A stretch of DNA of 64,000 nucleotides, from assembly GCA_036504335.1 (NCBI GenBank), contig DASXVJ010000029.1:26885-90884 (forward strand). Direction: 5' to 3'. The position numbers were made by a program, and so were the translations under genes. Positions 40,944-49,473 of the stretch are shown here, in pieces. The notes under the pieces were generated by a model. The model saw only the letters and a program-made list of their open reading frames with translations. It did no database searches and was not told the DNA's origin. Source of the DNA: Thermoanaerobaculia bacterium (GTDB lineage: Bacteria; Acidobacteriota; Thermoanaerobaculia; UBA5066). Each line of letters starts with the position of its first letter. The first letter of the stretch is position 1.

Positions 40944-42882
40944 GAGTGTTCTTTCGGCCTCCCTCGAAAAAGGGGGATGGAATCCGCGACGGTCCGGTCG
41001 CCGGCCGTCCCGTCAAGGTAGCACGGAAACTCGAACGGGGTCAAAGCGTTGGGCGGCTTTTGCCGCCCTCGTTCTGGCCTTCGCGAGGACGCTCCAGGCG
41101 GCGCCGGCGGCCCTGCCCCCGGACGTTCTGCCGCTGTCGGCCGTCCACGCCGGGATGAAGGGCTGGGGCCTCACCGTGATGAAGGGCGCCGCGCCGGAGC
41201 GCTTCGAGGTCGAGGTGCTCGGCGTCCTCCCGAACACGCTCGGGCGGAGCCGGATTCTCGTGAAGGTCTCCGGCCTCGGACTCGAGAGGACCGGCGTCAT
41301 CGCGGGCATGAGCGGCAGCCCGGTCTACCTCGACGGCAAGCTCGCGGGAGCCGTCTCGGCGACGTGGGCGTTCGGCAAGGACCCGGTCGGACAGGTGACT
41401 CCGATCGAGAACATGCTCGAATCCGTTTCGGGCGGTGCGCCCTTCTCCATTCCGCGCGCACGCGCCACGTCGTCCTCGGCCGCCGCATGGGAGGCCCTCG
41501 CGGCCGCCCACGGCCTTCCGCCCGACGAGCGCGTCGCCGCCCTCGAGAGGATCGCCGCCCCGTACCGGCCGGCCGCGGGCCGCGAGGCCGCGTCGCTGCT
41601 CGCGCCGGTCTCGGCCGGGATCCCGTCTGCGACGCTCTCGCGCTTCGCAGAGGACCTCGGTCGCCTCGGCCTTCCGGCGCCGTTTCTCGCGTCCGCGGTC
41701 GGGGCGGCGGGGGCCGGCCGCGCGCCGGAGACCAGAGCCGCACCCGACAAACTCGTCGCCGGAGGCGCGCTCACGGCGTTCCTCCTCGACGGCGATCTCC
41801 AGCTCGGCGCGACGGGCACCGTCACGCGCGTCGACCCGGACGGGAGCTTCGTCGCGTTCGGGCATCCGTTCCTCGGAATGGGGGAGATCGAGCTTCCCGT
41901 CGCCACCACCGACGTCGTCGAGGTCTTTGCGAGCTCGATGCTGTCGTTCAAGCTCGCGGCGCCGCACGCGCCGGCGTACCGGCTCACGAGCGACCGCGAC
42001 CCGGGCGTCTCGGGCCGCATGGACCGCGTCGCGCCGATGATTCCCGTGCGCTTCCGCCTCGAGGCCGCTGGCGGGCCGGCGAAGGATCTCCGCTGGGGTG
42101 TCGCGCCCGCGCCTTCCATCTTTCCGCTCCTGCTCGCGATGTCGACGGACGTCGCGCTTCTCCTGAACGACCCGACTCCGGCGCAGAAGACCGTCGCGCT
42201 CCGCCTGTCGATCGGCACGGCGGCGGGCCCGTTCGTGTACGAGGACGTCCTGTCCGGTCCGCGCGCGCGAGACATCGCGATCCTCACCACGATCGCGCTC
42301 GGGGGCCTCGTCGCCGACAACGAGTTCGAGGACCCGAAGATCTCCGGCGTCGAGATCACCCTGGCGAACGCGCTGGGCGAACGCCGCTTCCGCGTCGTGG
42401 ACGCGGGCGTGTCCGCCCGCAAGGTGGCGCCCGGCCAGACGCTCACCGCGAGCGTCCGCCTCGCCGGCCGGCGCGGCGAGGAAGAGACGCGCGTCGTCAC
42501 GCTCCGGGTCCCGCGCGAGGCGCCCGAAGGCCGCGCCACGCTCGTGATCGCCGACGGAGCCGCGACGTCCGCGGCGCGCCTTTCGCTCGACCCGGCGCCC
42601 CCCCGGAGTCTCGCCGGCCTGCGCCGCATGGTCGAGCGCCTCCTGCCCGCCAATCGGCTCGTGGCGACGCTTCTCGTCCCCGCGCGCGGCGCCACGACGG
42701 GCGGCGCCACGCTGACGGCGCTGCCGCCGTCCGCCGCCGCGATCCTCTCGGACGGCGAAGGCGCCGACCCGGGCCGCTCCGCCGTCTCCTCCCGATTCCT
42801 CGCCGAGGACATCCTCACGCTCGACCGCCCCGTGGCCGGAAGCATCCGGATCGAGGTCGAGATCGAAAGGCCGCGCTCGTGA
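40942..42882 (+). CDS. Secreted peptidase S55 (SpoIVB-like) domain protein
   Basis: GVIAGMSGSPVYLDGKLAGAVS resembles the S55 catalytic-Ser region. Hydrophobic signal/anchor WAAFAALVLAFA. Start uncertain: ATG 40942 overlaps the tolQ ATG on the opposite strand; alternative ATG ~41155. Confidence 0.4.
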   Translation: MSVLSASLEKGGWNPRRSGRRPSRQGSTETRTGSKRWAAFAALVLAFARTLQAAPAALPPDVLPLSAVHAGMKGWGLTVMKGAAPERFEVEVLGVLPNTLGRSRILVKVSGLGLERTGVIAGMSGSPVYLDGKLAGAVSATWAFGKDPVGQVTPIENMLESVSGGAPFSIPRARATSSSAAAWEALAAAHGLPPDERVAALERIAAPYRPAAGREAASLLAPVSAGIPSATLSRFAEDLGRLGLPAPFLASAVGAAGAGRAPETRAAPDKLVAGGALTAFLLDGDLQLGATGTVTRVDPDGSFVAFGHPFLGMGEIELPVATTDVVEVFASSMLSFKLAAPHAPAYRLTSDRDPGVSGRMDRVAPMIPVRFRLEAAGGPAKDLRWGVAPAPSIFPLLLAMSTDVALLLNDPTPAQKTVALRLSIGTAAGPFVYEDVLSGPRARDIAILTTIALGGLVADNEFEDPKISGVEITLANALGERRFRVVDAGVSARKVAPGQTLTASVRLAGRRGEEETRVVTLRVPREAPEGRATLVIADGAATSAARLSLDPAPPRSLAGLRRMVERLLPANRLVATLLVPARGATTGGATLTALPPSAAAILSDGEGADPGRSAVSSRFLAEDILTLDRPVAGSIRIEVEIERPRS

Positions 42883-45092
42883 AACGACTCCTTGCCAGCT
42901 TCGCGCTCGCGCTCGCCGCGGCCGCGCCCTCGCTCTTCGCCGCCACGTCGCGCGTCGCCATCACGGCGGGCGCCCGCGATTTCCTCGCCGGAGAGGCGAA
43001 AGGAACCGCAGTCTCCGCGGACGGCCGCCTCACCCTCGCGCCGCCCCTGTCCCCGCGCGCGTGGCCCGCGGACGCCGCGGACGCCGCGGTCTTCGCGGCT
43101 GCGGGCGACGCATCGGGGCGCGTCTTCGTCGCGACGGGCGGAGGCCTCGGCCGGCTCTTCGTATCCGACGCGAAGGGCGTGACGCTGCTTTTCACCGCGT
43201 CGGAGCCGAACCTCACGGCCGTCGCCGTCGCACCGGACGGCTCCGTCGTCTGCGCGTCGTCGCCGAACGGGAAGATCTATCGCGTGAACCCGAAGGAGAG
43301 CGACCCCGCGAAAGCCGGGACGCTCCTCGGCGACCCGAAGGAAGCCGCGATCTGGGCGCTCGCGTTCGGGCCGGACGGAACGCTCTACGCGGGCACGGGC
43401 AACAAGGGCCGCGTCTACCGCAAGACGGCGGCGGGCGCTCTCGAGCTCTTTCACGAGATCGAGGACGTGCACGTCCGGACGCTCCTCGCGGGGCCTGACG
43501 GAACCGTCTACGCCGGGACGTCCGACCGCGGGCTCGTCGTCGCGATCGGCTCGAAGGGCACGCGCACCCTGCACGACTTCTCCAGGCCCGAGGTCACCGG
43601 TCTCGCGTTGGACGGCAAGGGCGTGCTCTACGCCGCGGCGTCGCAGGCCGACACCTCCGCGGGCCGGGCGGTCGCGTCCGAGCTGCGCCCGAGGCCGACG
43701 CCCACGCCCACGCCGGCGCCGGGCCCCGCCGAGGAGACTCCGAAGGGGAGCGTCTCGATCGCGGCCTCGGCGGCCGCGCCGCGCCCGTCCTCGACGGCGC
43801 CCACCGCGAACAACGCCGAGATCGTCGCGATCGCGCCCGACGGCTTCGTCGAGCCCGCGTGGACGTTCCCCGACGAGGCCGTTTTCGCGCTGCGTTTCGA
43901 CGCCGCGAGCGGATCGCTTCTCGTGGCGACCGGACCGCGCGGCCGCCTCTACGCGTGGAAGGACCGGGCCCTGCGCCTCCTCGCCCAGACGGGGGAGAAG
44001 CTCGTCGTTTCGGCGCCCGCCGCGGGAGCCGCGTTCGCGGCCGTGACGAACGGCGCCGCCGGAATCCTGCGGCCCGCGGGCGCAGCGGCGCCCGGGTCGT
44101 TCGTCTCCGCCGTGAAGGACGCCGTTCGCCTGTCCACGTTCGGCCGGCTCCGCTGGGAAGGCGCGACGCCCGCCGGTTCGTCCGTGGCGCTCTCGGTGCG
44201 TTCGGGCACGAGCGAAAAGCCCGACGGGACGTGGTCGGCGTGGGTTCCCGCCGGCGCGGCCGGCGAGGCGAAGATCCCCGTCGCGCGCTTTTTCCAGTGG
44301 AAAGCCGACCTCTCCCCGAACGCGAAGGGCGAGTCTCCGTCCGTCGAGCGGGTCGACATGACGTACGCCGAGCGGAACGCGCGGCCGGTTCTCGAGAACG
44401 TCGCCGTCCTCGAACCCGGCGTCGTCTTCGGACGCGCCGGCTCTCCGGGCGCCGGCGTCCTCTCCGTCACGAACCCGGACGAGAACGGGATCTTCGCGGG
44501 CCTCGACCAGCCGCGCGACGCGGCCCCGTCCGAGGGCCCCGGCCGCCGCCTCTGGCGGAAAGGCTTCCGGACGATCACGTGGAAGGGCGTCGACCCGAAC
44601 GGCGACGCGCTGCGCTACGAGGTCGAGGCGCGGCGGGAGGGCGGGCCGTGGTTCCCGGTGCGCAAGGACGTCGAGGAGTCCTTCCTCTCGTTCGACACGA
44701 CGGCGCTCGCCGACGGGAGATACCGCTTCCGCGTCACGGCCTCCGACCGCCTCGCGCAGCCCGAGGGCGAGGCGCTCACGGCCTCCGAGGAGAGCGGTGT
44801 CGCGCTCGTCGACAACACGCCGCCGGTCCTCAAGGTCGAGAGCCGCAGGGACGAAGGCGGCGCAGTCGAGCTCCGCATTCTCGCGACGGACGCACTCTCG
44901 CCGGTCGTGAGGGCCGAAGCTTCCGTGAACGCCGACCGCTGGCGGATCCTCCAGGCCGAGGACGGCGCCGCCGATTCCCCGGTCGAGCGCTTCGTGTTCC
45001 GCGTCCCGAAGCCCGCGGGCCCCTTCGTCCTCGCCGTGCGCGTGGTCGACGCCTCGGGCAACGTCGCGACGCTGTCGGTGGAAGGTCCTTGA
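42879..45092 (+). CDS. Secreted beta-propeller / Ig-like domain protein (unknown function)
   Basis: GTGA overlap with upstream gene. Signal peptide LLASFALALAAAAPSLFA. Repeated GPDGTLYAGT/GPDGTVYAGT blades. PTPTPTP linker. C-terminal Ig/FN3-like segments. Confidence 0.45.
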   Translation: MKRLLASFALALAAAAPSLFAATSRVAITAGARDFLAGEAKGTAVSADGRLTLAPPLSPRAWPADAADAAVFAAAGDASGRVFVATGGGLGRLFVSDAKGVTLLFTASEPNLTAVAVAPDGSVVCASSPNGKIYRVNPKESDPAKAGTLLGDPKEAAIWALAFGPDGTLYAGTGNKGRVYRKTAAGALELFHEIEDVHVRTLLAGPDGTVYAGTSDRGLVVAIGSKGTRTLHDFSRPEVTGLALDGKGVLYAAASQADTSAGRAVASELRPRPTPTPTPAPGPAEETPKGSVSIAASAAAPRPSSTAPTANNAEIVAIAPDGFVEPAWTFPDEAVFALRFDAASGSLLVATGPRGRLYAWKDRALRLLAQTGEKLVVSAPAAGAAFAAVTNGAAGILRPAGAAAPGSFVSAVKDAVRLSTFGRLRWEGATPAGSSVALSVRSGTSEKPDGTWSAWVPAGAAGEAKIPVARFFQWKADLSPNAKGESPSVERVDMTYAERNARPVLENVAVLEPGVVFGRAGSPGAGVLSVTNPDENGIFAGLDQPRDAAPSEGPGRRLWRKGFRTITWKGVDPNGDALRYEVEARREGGPWFPVRKDVEESFLSFDTTALADGRYRFRVTASDRLAQPEGEALTASEESGVALVDNTPPVLKVESRRDEGGAVELRILATDALSPVVRAEASVNADRWRILQAEDGAADSPVERFVFRVPKPAGPFVLAVRVVDASGNVATLSVEGP

Positions 45093-46672
45093 AACGCCTC
45101 GCCGTCGCGGCGTTGCTCCTCGCGCTCGCCGCATGCGGCGTGCGCGGAAAAGACCAGACGAGCGTGATCCGCCGCCGGCTCGACGGAGAGCCGAAAACGC
45201 TGAACCCGATCCTCGCCACGACGGACGCGGAGCAGATCGTCGTCGCGCTTCTGTCGCGGAACCTCCTCGACTACGACGAGAACCTGAACCTCGTCCCGGG
45301 CCTCGCCGAGGAGGTCTCGGATTCACCCGACCACCTCGTCTTCACCGTGCGCCTGCGGCCGGACGCCCGCTGGGAAGACGGGACGCCCGTCACGTCGGCC
45401 GACGTCGTGTTCACGCTGAACGCGGTGATGGACCCGAAAGTGCCGGCGCTCACGCGGCGCTCGTTCTTCGAGGGGCTCGTAAAGGCGGAGGCCGTCGACG
45501 CCCGCACGACGCGGGTCACGTTCAAGACCCCTTCCGCCGGCCGGCGGGATGCGTTCAACCTCTGGCTTCTCTCCGCGGCGGCGTGGAAGGACGGCGACCT
45601 CGCGACGCACCCGCGCAACCGCAACCCGCTCGCGAACGGCCCGTACCGGGTCGGCTCGTGGGAACCGGGGCGGACGCTCTCGCTCGTGCGCAACACGCAG
45701 TACGCGGGCCCCGCGGCGCCCGCCGAGCAGGTCGTCTTTCGCGTCGTCCCCGAGACGGCGCCGGCGTTCGCCGGCCTCCAGTCCGGGGATCTCGACGAGA
45801 TGCGCCTCACGTTCGCCCAGAAGAAGGACGTCGACGCGAAGGCCGGGACGCCGGGCGCCCCTCGCGCCGTGACGTTCGACGAGCTGTCGTATGCGTATTT
45901 CGGGTGGAGCAACCGCTCGCCGCTCTTTTCGGACCGGCGCGTGAGGCGCGCGCTCACGATGCTGATCGACCGCGAGAGCATTAACCGCAACCTCTACGGA
46001 GGGCTCGCGAAGCTCGCAAACGGACCGCTGCCGCCCGCCCACTGGGCGTGGAACTCTTCGATAACCCCGTGGCCGTACGACCCAAAGGCGGCCGAAGCGC
46101 TCCTCGACGAGGCAGGGTTCCGCAAGGGACCCGACGGGATCCGCCACAGGGGAAATCTTCGTTTCGCGTTCACGTTCTCGCTCGGGATGGGGAGCGACGT
46201 CCAGCGGCAGATGGTCGAGCTGGCCCAGCAGTCGTTCCGCAAGGCGGGGATCGACATGCAGATCCAGCCGCTGGAGTGGGCGGCTTTCGCAGCGAAGATG
46301 GACGCGGGCGAGCTCGAGGCGTGGGCCGCGGCGCTCAACCTCGATCCGTACCCGGACCTCGGCGTCTCCTGGCATTCGGCGCAGGTGCCGCCCACGGGCC
46401 TCAACAACGCGTCCTACCGGAATCCCGAAGTCGACGGGCTCCTCGACCGCCTGCGCTCCACCTTCGACCGCGGCGAGGCGATCCGGCTCCTCGGAGAGGT
46501 CCAGCGTCTCGTCCACGAGGACGAGCCCGTGTCGTTCCTGAATACGCCGCTCACGAAGTGGGGCGTCTCGGGCCGGATCGAGGGAGTCAAAACGTCGCCG
46601 TACGGGCTGTTCCTGTTCTGGCCCGGCGCGTCCGCGTGGCGGCCCGCCGCCGGCTCCCGTCCGATCTCCTGA
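45089..46672 (+). CDS. ABC transporter substrate-binding lipoprotein, family 5 (peptide/nickel)
   Basis: TTGA overlap. Lipobox LAACG. SBP_bac_5 architecture (…LDYDENLNLVPGLAE…, …ANGPYRVGSWEPG…). Confidence 0.75.
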   Translation: MKRLAVAALLLALAACGVRGKDQTSVIRRRLDGEPKTLNPILATTDAEQIVVALLSRNLLDYDENLNLVPGLAEEVSDSPDHLVFTVRLRPDARWEDGTPVTSADVVFTLNAVMDPKVPALTRRSFFEGLVKAEAVDARTTRVTFKTPSAGRRDAFNLWLLSAAAWKDGDLATHPRNRNPLANGPYRVGSWEPGRTLSLVRNTQYAGPAAPAEQVVFRVVPETAPAFAGLQSGDLDEMRLTFAQKKDVDAKAGTPGAPRAVTFDELSYAYFGWSNRSPLFSDRRVRRALTMLIDRESINRNLYGGLAKLANGPLPPAHWAWNSSITPWPYDPKAAEALLDEAGFRKGPDGIRHRGNLRFAFTFSLGMGSDVQRQMVELAQQSFRKAGIDMQIQPLEWAAFAAKMDAGELEAWAAALNLDPYPDLGVSWHSAQVPPTGLNNASYRNPEVDGLLDRLRSTFDRGEAIRLLGEVQRLVHEDEPVSFLNTPLTKWGVSGRIEGVKTSPYGLFLFWPGASAWRPAAGSRPIS

Positions 46673-46695
46673 CGCCCCCCAAGTAACATTCCCGC

Positions 46696-47664
46696 ATGCT
46701 CCGGTTCGTGCTGCGGCGGGCGGCGTCGGCCCTGCTGACGCTGCTGGGCGTCCTCGCGCTCGTCTTCGGGCTGCTCGCGGCGGCGCCCGGAGATCCCGCG
46801 GCGATGGCGGCGAAGGCCGGCGCCCGCGCGTCCGCCGTCTCGCCAGAGGCGCTGGCGGCGTTCCGAACCCTGTACGGACTGAACCGCCCGCCCCTCGAGC
46901 GCTTCGGAATCTGGGTCCTGCGCGCCGCTCGCTTCGACTTCGGAATCTCCCTCTCGGACGGGCGGCCCGTCGGGGCGCGGATCTCGGGCGCGCTGCCCGC
47001 GACGCTCACGCTCAATCTCGCCGCGCTCCTCGCCGCGCTCGCGCTCGGCGTGCCCGCTGGAATCGCCGCGGCGCGGCGCCCGGGCGGACGACTCGACCGG
47101 ATCTCGGGGGCGCTCGGCGACGCGCTCTTCGCAACGCCGTCCTTCGTCCTCGGCCTCGTCCTGCTGCTCGTCTTCTCGGGCTGGCTGCGGCTGACGCCCC
47201 TCTTCTCGGACGGAGGCGGCATTCGCGGGTACGTCCTGCCCGTCGTCACGCTCGCGCTGCCGACCGCCGCGTTCCTCGCGCGGTTCGTCCGCTCGTGCGT
47301 CGCGTCGGCCCTCGCGGACCCGGCCGCCGCCGCGGGGCGGGCGCGCGGAGAGGGGAGCGGCGCGGCGGTGCGGCGCGCTCTCCGGCGCTCCGCCGCGCCG
47401 TTTGCCGCGATGGGAGCCGCCCTCGTGCCGTCGCTCGTCGCGGGCTCCGTCCTCGTCGAGAGGGTGTTTTCGGTGCCCGGCGCGGGCGGTCTCCTCGCCG
47501 ACGCCGTGTTCGCGCGCGATCTCCCGACGGTCCTCGCCCTCACGCTCCTTTCGGCGGGCTGCGTCGTCGTCGCCGCGTTCCTCGCCGACGTCGTGTCGGC
47601 CGTCCTGGATCCGCGGACGCGCGACGCCGCGGCGCCTCTCGCTCCGGCGGGGGAGGCTGCGTGA
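46696..47664 (+). CDS. ABC transporter permease (DppB/OppB-like)
   Basis: N-terminal TM and permease signature region around PSFVLGLVLLLVF... Confidence 0.75.
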   Translation: MLRFVLRRAASALLTLLGVLALVFGLLAAAPGDPAAMAAKAGARASAVSPEALAAFRTLYGLNRPPLERFGIWVLRAARFDFGISLSDGRPVGARISGALPATLTLNLAALLAALALGVPAGIAAARRPGGRLDRISGALGDALFATPSFVLGLVLLLVFSGWLRLTPLFSDGGGIRGYVLPVVTLALPTAAFLARFVRSCVASALADPAAAAGRARGEGSGAAVRRALRRSAAPFAAMGAALVPSLVAGSVLVERVFSVPGAGGLLADAVFARDLPTVLALTLLSAGCVVVAAFLADVVSAVLDPRTRDAAAPLAPAGEAA

Positions 47665-48530
47665 ACGCCGGTCGCCCCCGGACGTGGCGGGCCGCGGCGC
47701 TCTTCGCGGTGTTTCCCCTGCTGGCTCTGCTCGCTCCGGTCCTCGCGCGGGAGAAGCCGTGGGTGGAGACGAAGACGGGCGAGACGATCGTCCGGGCGCC
47801 GGTCCCGTTCGACCCGGACGCCGCGGATCTCGACCGGCGTCTCCAGCCCCCGTCGTGGAAGCATCTCTTCGGGACCGACGAGCTCGGGCGCGACGTCGCG
47901 GCGCGCACGCTCCACGGGGCGCGCGTCTCGGTGGCGGCGGGACTGCTCGCCTCCGCGCTCGCCCTCCTCCTCGGCGCGGGCCTCGGCGCGGCCGCCGGCT
48001 GGGCTGGCGGCGCCGCGGACCGCGGCGTTCTCTTCCTCGTCAACGTCGTTCAGGCGCTGCCCGCGCTGGTGCTCGTCGTCACGGCGGCGTCGTTTCTGCC
48101 GCCGTCGTTCCTCGTCGCGGCCGTTCTGATCGCTCTGACGGGCTGGACGGATACGGCGCGCATCGTCCGCGCCGGGGCAAAGAAGATCCGCGAGGCGCCG
48201 TTCGTCGACGCCGCCCGCGCCGCCGGGGCGTCCGCGCCCCGGCTCGTCCTCGTCCACGTGCTCCCGCACGCGCTCCCGCCCGCCGTCGCGCTCCTGCCCT
48301 ACGTGCTGGGCGCGGCCGTCCTCACGGAGGCCGCGCTGTCGTTCCTCGGGCTCGGGGCGCCGCCTCCCGAAGCCTCGTGGGGCCGCGCGCTCGCCGAGGC
48401 GCGCAACCTGCTGCCGGGCGCGTGGTGGTGCGTCCTGCCGCCGGCCGCCGCGCTCTTCCTCCTCGTCCTCTCGGCGCGCCGACTGGGAGACGCCGCGGCG
48501 TCGCGGGACGTACAATCGCCGTCCCCGTGA
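47661..48530 (+). CDS. ABC transporter permease (DppC/OppC-like)
   Basis: GTGA overlap. FGTDELGRDV (EAA-region signature). Confidence 0.75.
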   Translation: MNAGRPRTWRAAALFAVFPLLALLAPVLAREKPWVETKTGETIVRAPVPFDPDAADLDRRLQPPSWKHLFGTDELGRDVAARTLHGARVSVAAGLLASALALLLGAGLGAAAGWAGGAADRGVLFLVNVVQALPALVLVVTAASFLPPSFLVAAVLIALTGWTDTARIVRAGAKKIREAPFVDAARAAGASAPRLVLVHVLPHALPPAVALLPYVLGAAVLTEAALSFLGLGAPPPEASWGRALAEARNLLPGAWWCVLPPAAALFLLVLSARRLGDAAASRDVQSPSP

Positions 48531-49012
48531 AGCAAACCGCCGTCTACCCAGGTACGTTCGACCCCGTGACGAACGGCCACGTCGACCTCATCCGCCGCGG
48601 CTGCCACATCTTCGACCGCGTGCTCGTCGCCGTCCTGATCAACACGGACAAGTCGCCCCTCTTCACCGTCGAGGAGCGCCTCTCGATGATTCGGGCGATC
48701 TTCAGGCGCGAACCCAAGGTCGTCGTGAAGTCGTTCCGGGGCCTCCTCGTCGACTTCATGCGCAAGGAGAAAGCGCGCATCGTGGTGCGCGGCCTGAGGG
48801 TCGTTTCGGACTTCGAGCACGAGTTCCAGATGGCGCTCATGAACCGCCGCCTCGGGCCGCAGGTCGAGACCCTCTTCCTGACGCCGAAGGAAGAGCTCTC
48901 GTACACGTCGAGCCGGCTCGTGAAGCAGGTCCACCAGCTCGGGGGCGACGTCACGGGCCTCGTCCCGCCGCTCGTGCGGCGCGCCCTGCTCAAGAAGCTG
49001 CCGCACCGCTGA
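48527..49012 (+). CDS. coaD: Phosphopantetheine adenylyltransferase
   Basis: GTGA overlap. AVYPGTFDPVTNGH...TLFLTP...SSRLVKQV. Confidence 0.85.
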   Translation: MKQTAVYPGTFDPVTNGHVDLIRRGCHIFDRVLVAVLINTDKSPLFTVEERLSMIRAIFRREPKVVVKSFRGLLVDFMRKEKARIVVRGLRVVSDFEHEFQMALMNRRLGPQVETLFLTPKEELSYTSSRLVKQVHQLGGDVTGLVPPLVRRALLKKLPHR

Positions 49013-49029
49013 GGCGCGCGGCCGCCTGC

Positions 49030-49473
49030 CTAGGCCGCCGGCCCCATGAACGCGCGGAACGCGTCCGCGATGCCGGCCGGGACCGTCCGCGGATGCCCGC
49101 TCGCGTCCAGGAACAGGTGGCGCGTCTCGCCCTCGACGGCGATGCTTCCGTCCGGAAGGAGCACCTCGTACGTGAAGGCGCAGCCGCGGCTCTTCATCTC
49201 GGTGCAGCGCGTTCGCACGGTCACGACGTCGCCGTAGCGCGCCGACCTCCGGTATCGCGCCCGGACGTCCACCACCGTGATGAAGATGCCCTCGGCCTCC
49301 ATCCGCGCGTACGGGGTGCCGACGCGCTCGCAGTACGTCGTGCGGCCGACCTCGAACCAGACGATGTAGTTGCCGTGGTACACGACGCGCTGGGCGTCGG
49401 TCTCGGCGTAGCGCACCGCCAGCGTGCAGTACACCGCGGGACCCTTCGGCTCGGGCTGCTTCTCGTCGGGCAT
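49030..49473 (-). CDS. Acyl-CoA thioesterase, 4HBT/YbgC-FadM family
   Basis: VRYAETDAQRVVYHGNYIVWFEVGRTTY hot-dog fold signature. Confidence 0.7.
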   Translation of the reverse strand: MPDEKQPEPKGPAVYCTLAVRYAETDAQRVVYHGNYIVWFEVGRTTYCERVGTPYARMEAEGIFITVVDVRARYRRSARYGDVVTVRTRCTEMKSRGCAFTYEVLLPDGSIAVEGETRHLFLDASGHPRTVPAGIADAFRAFMGPAA

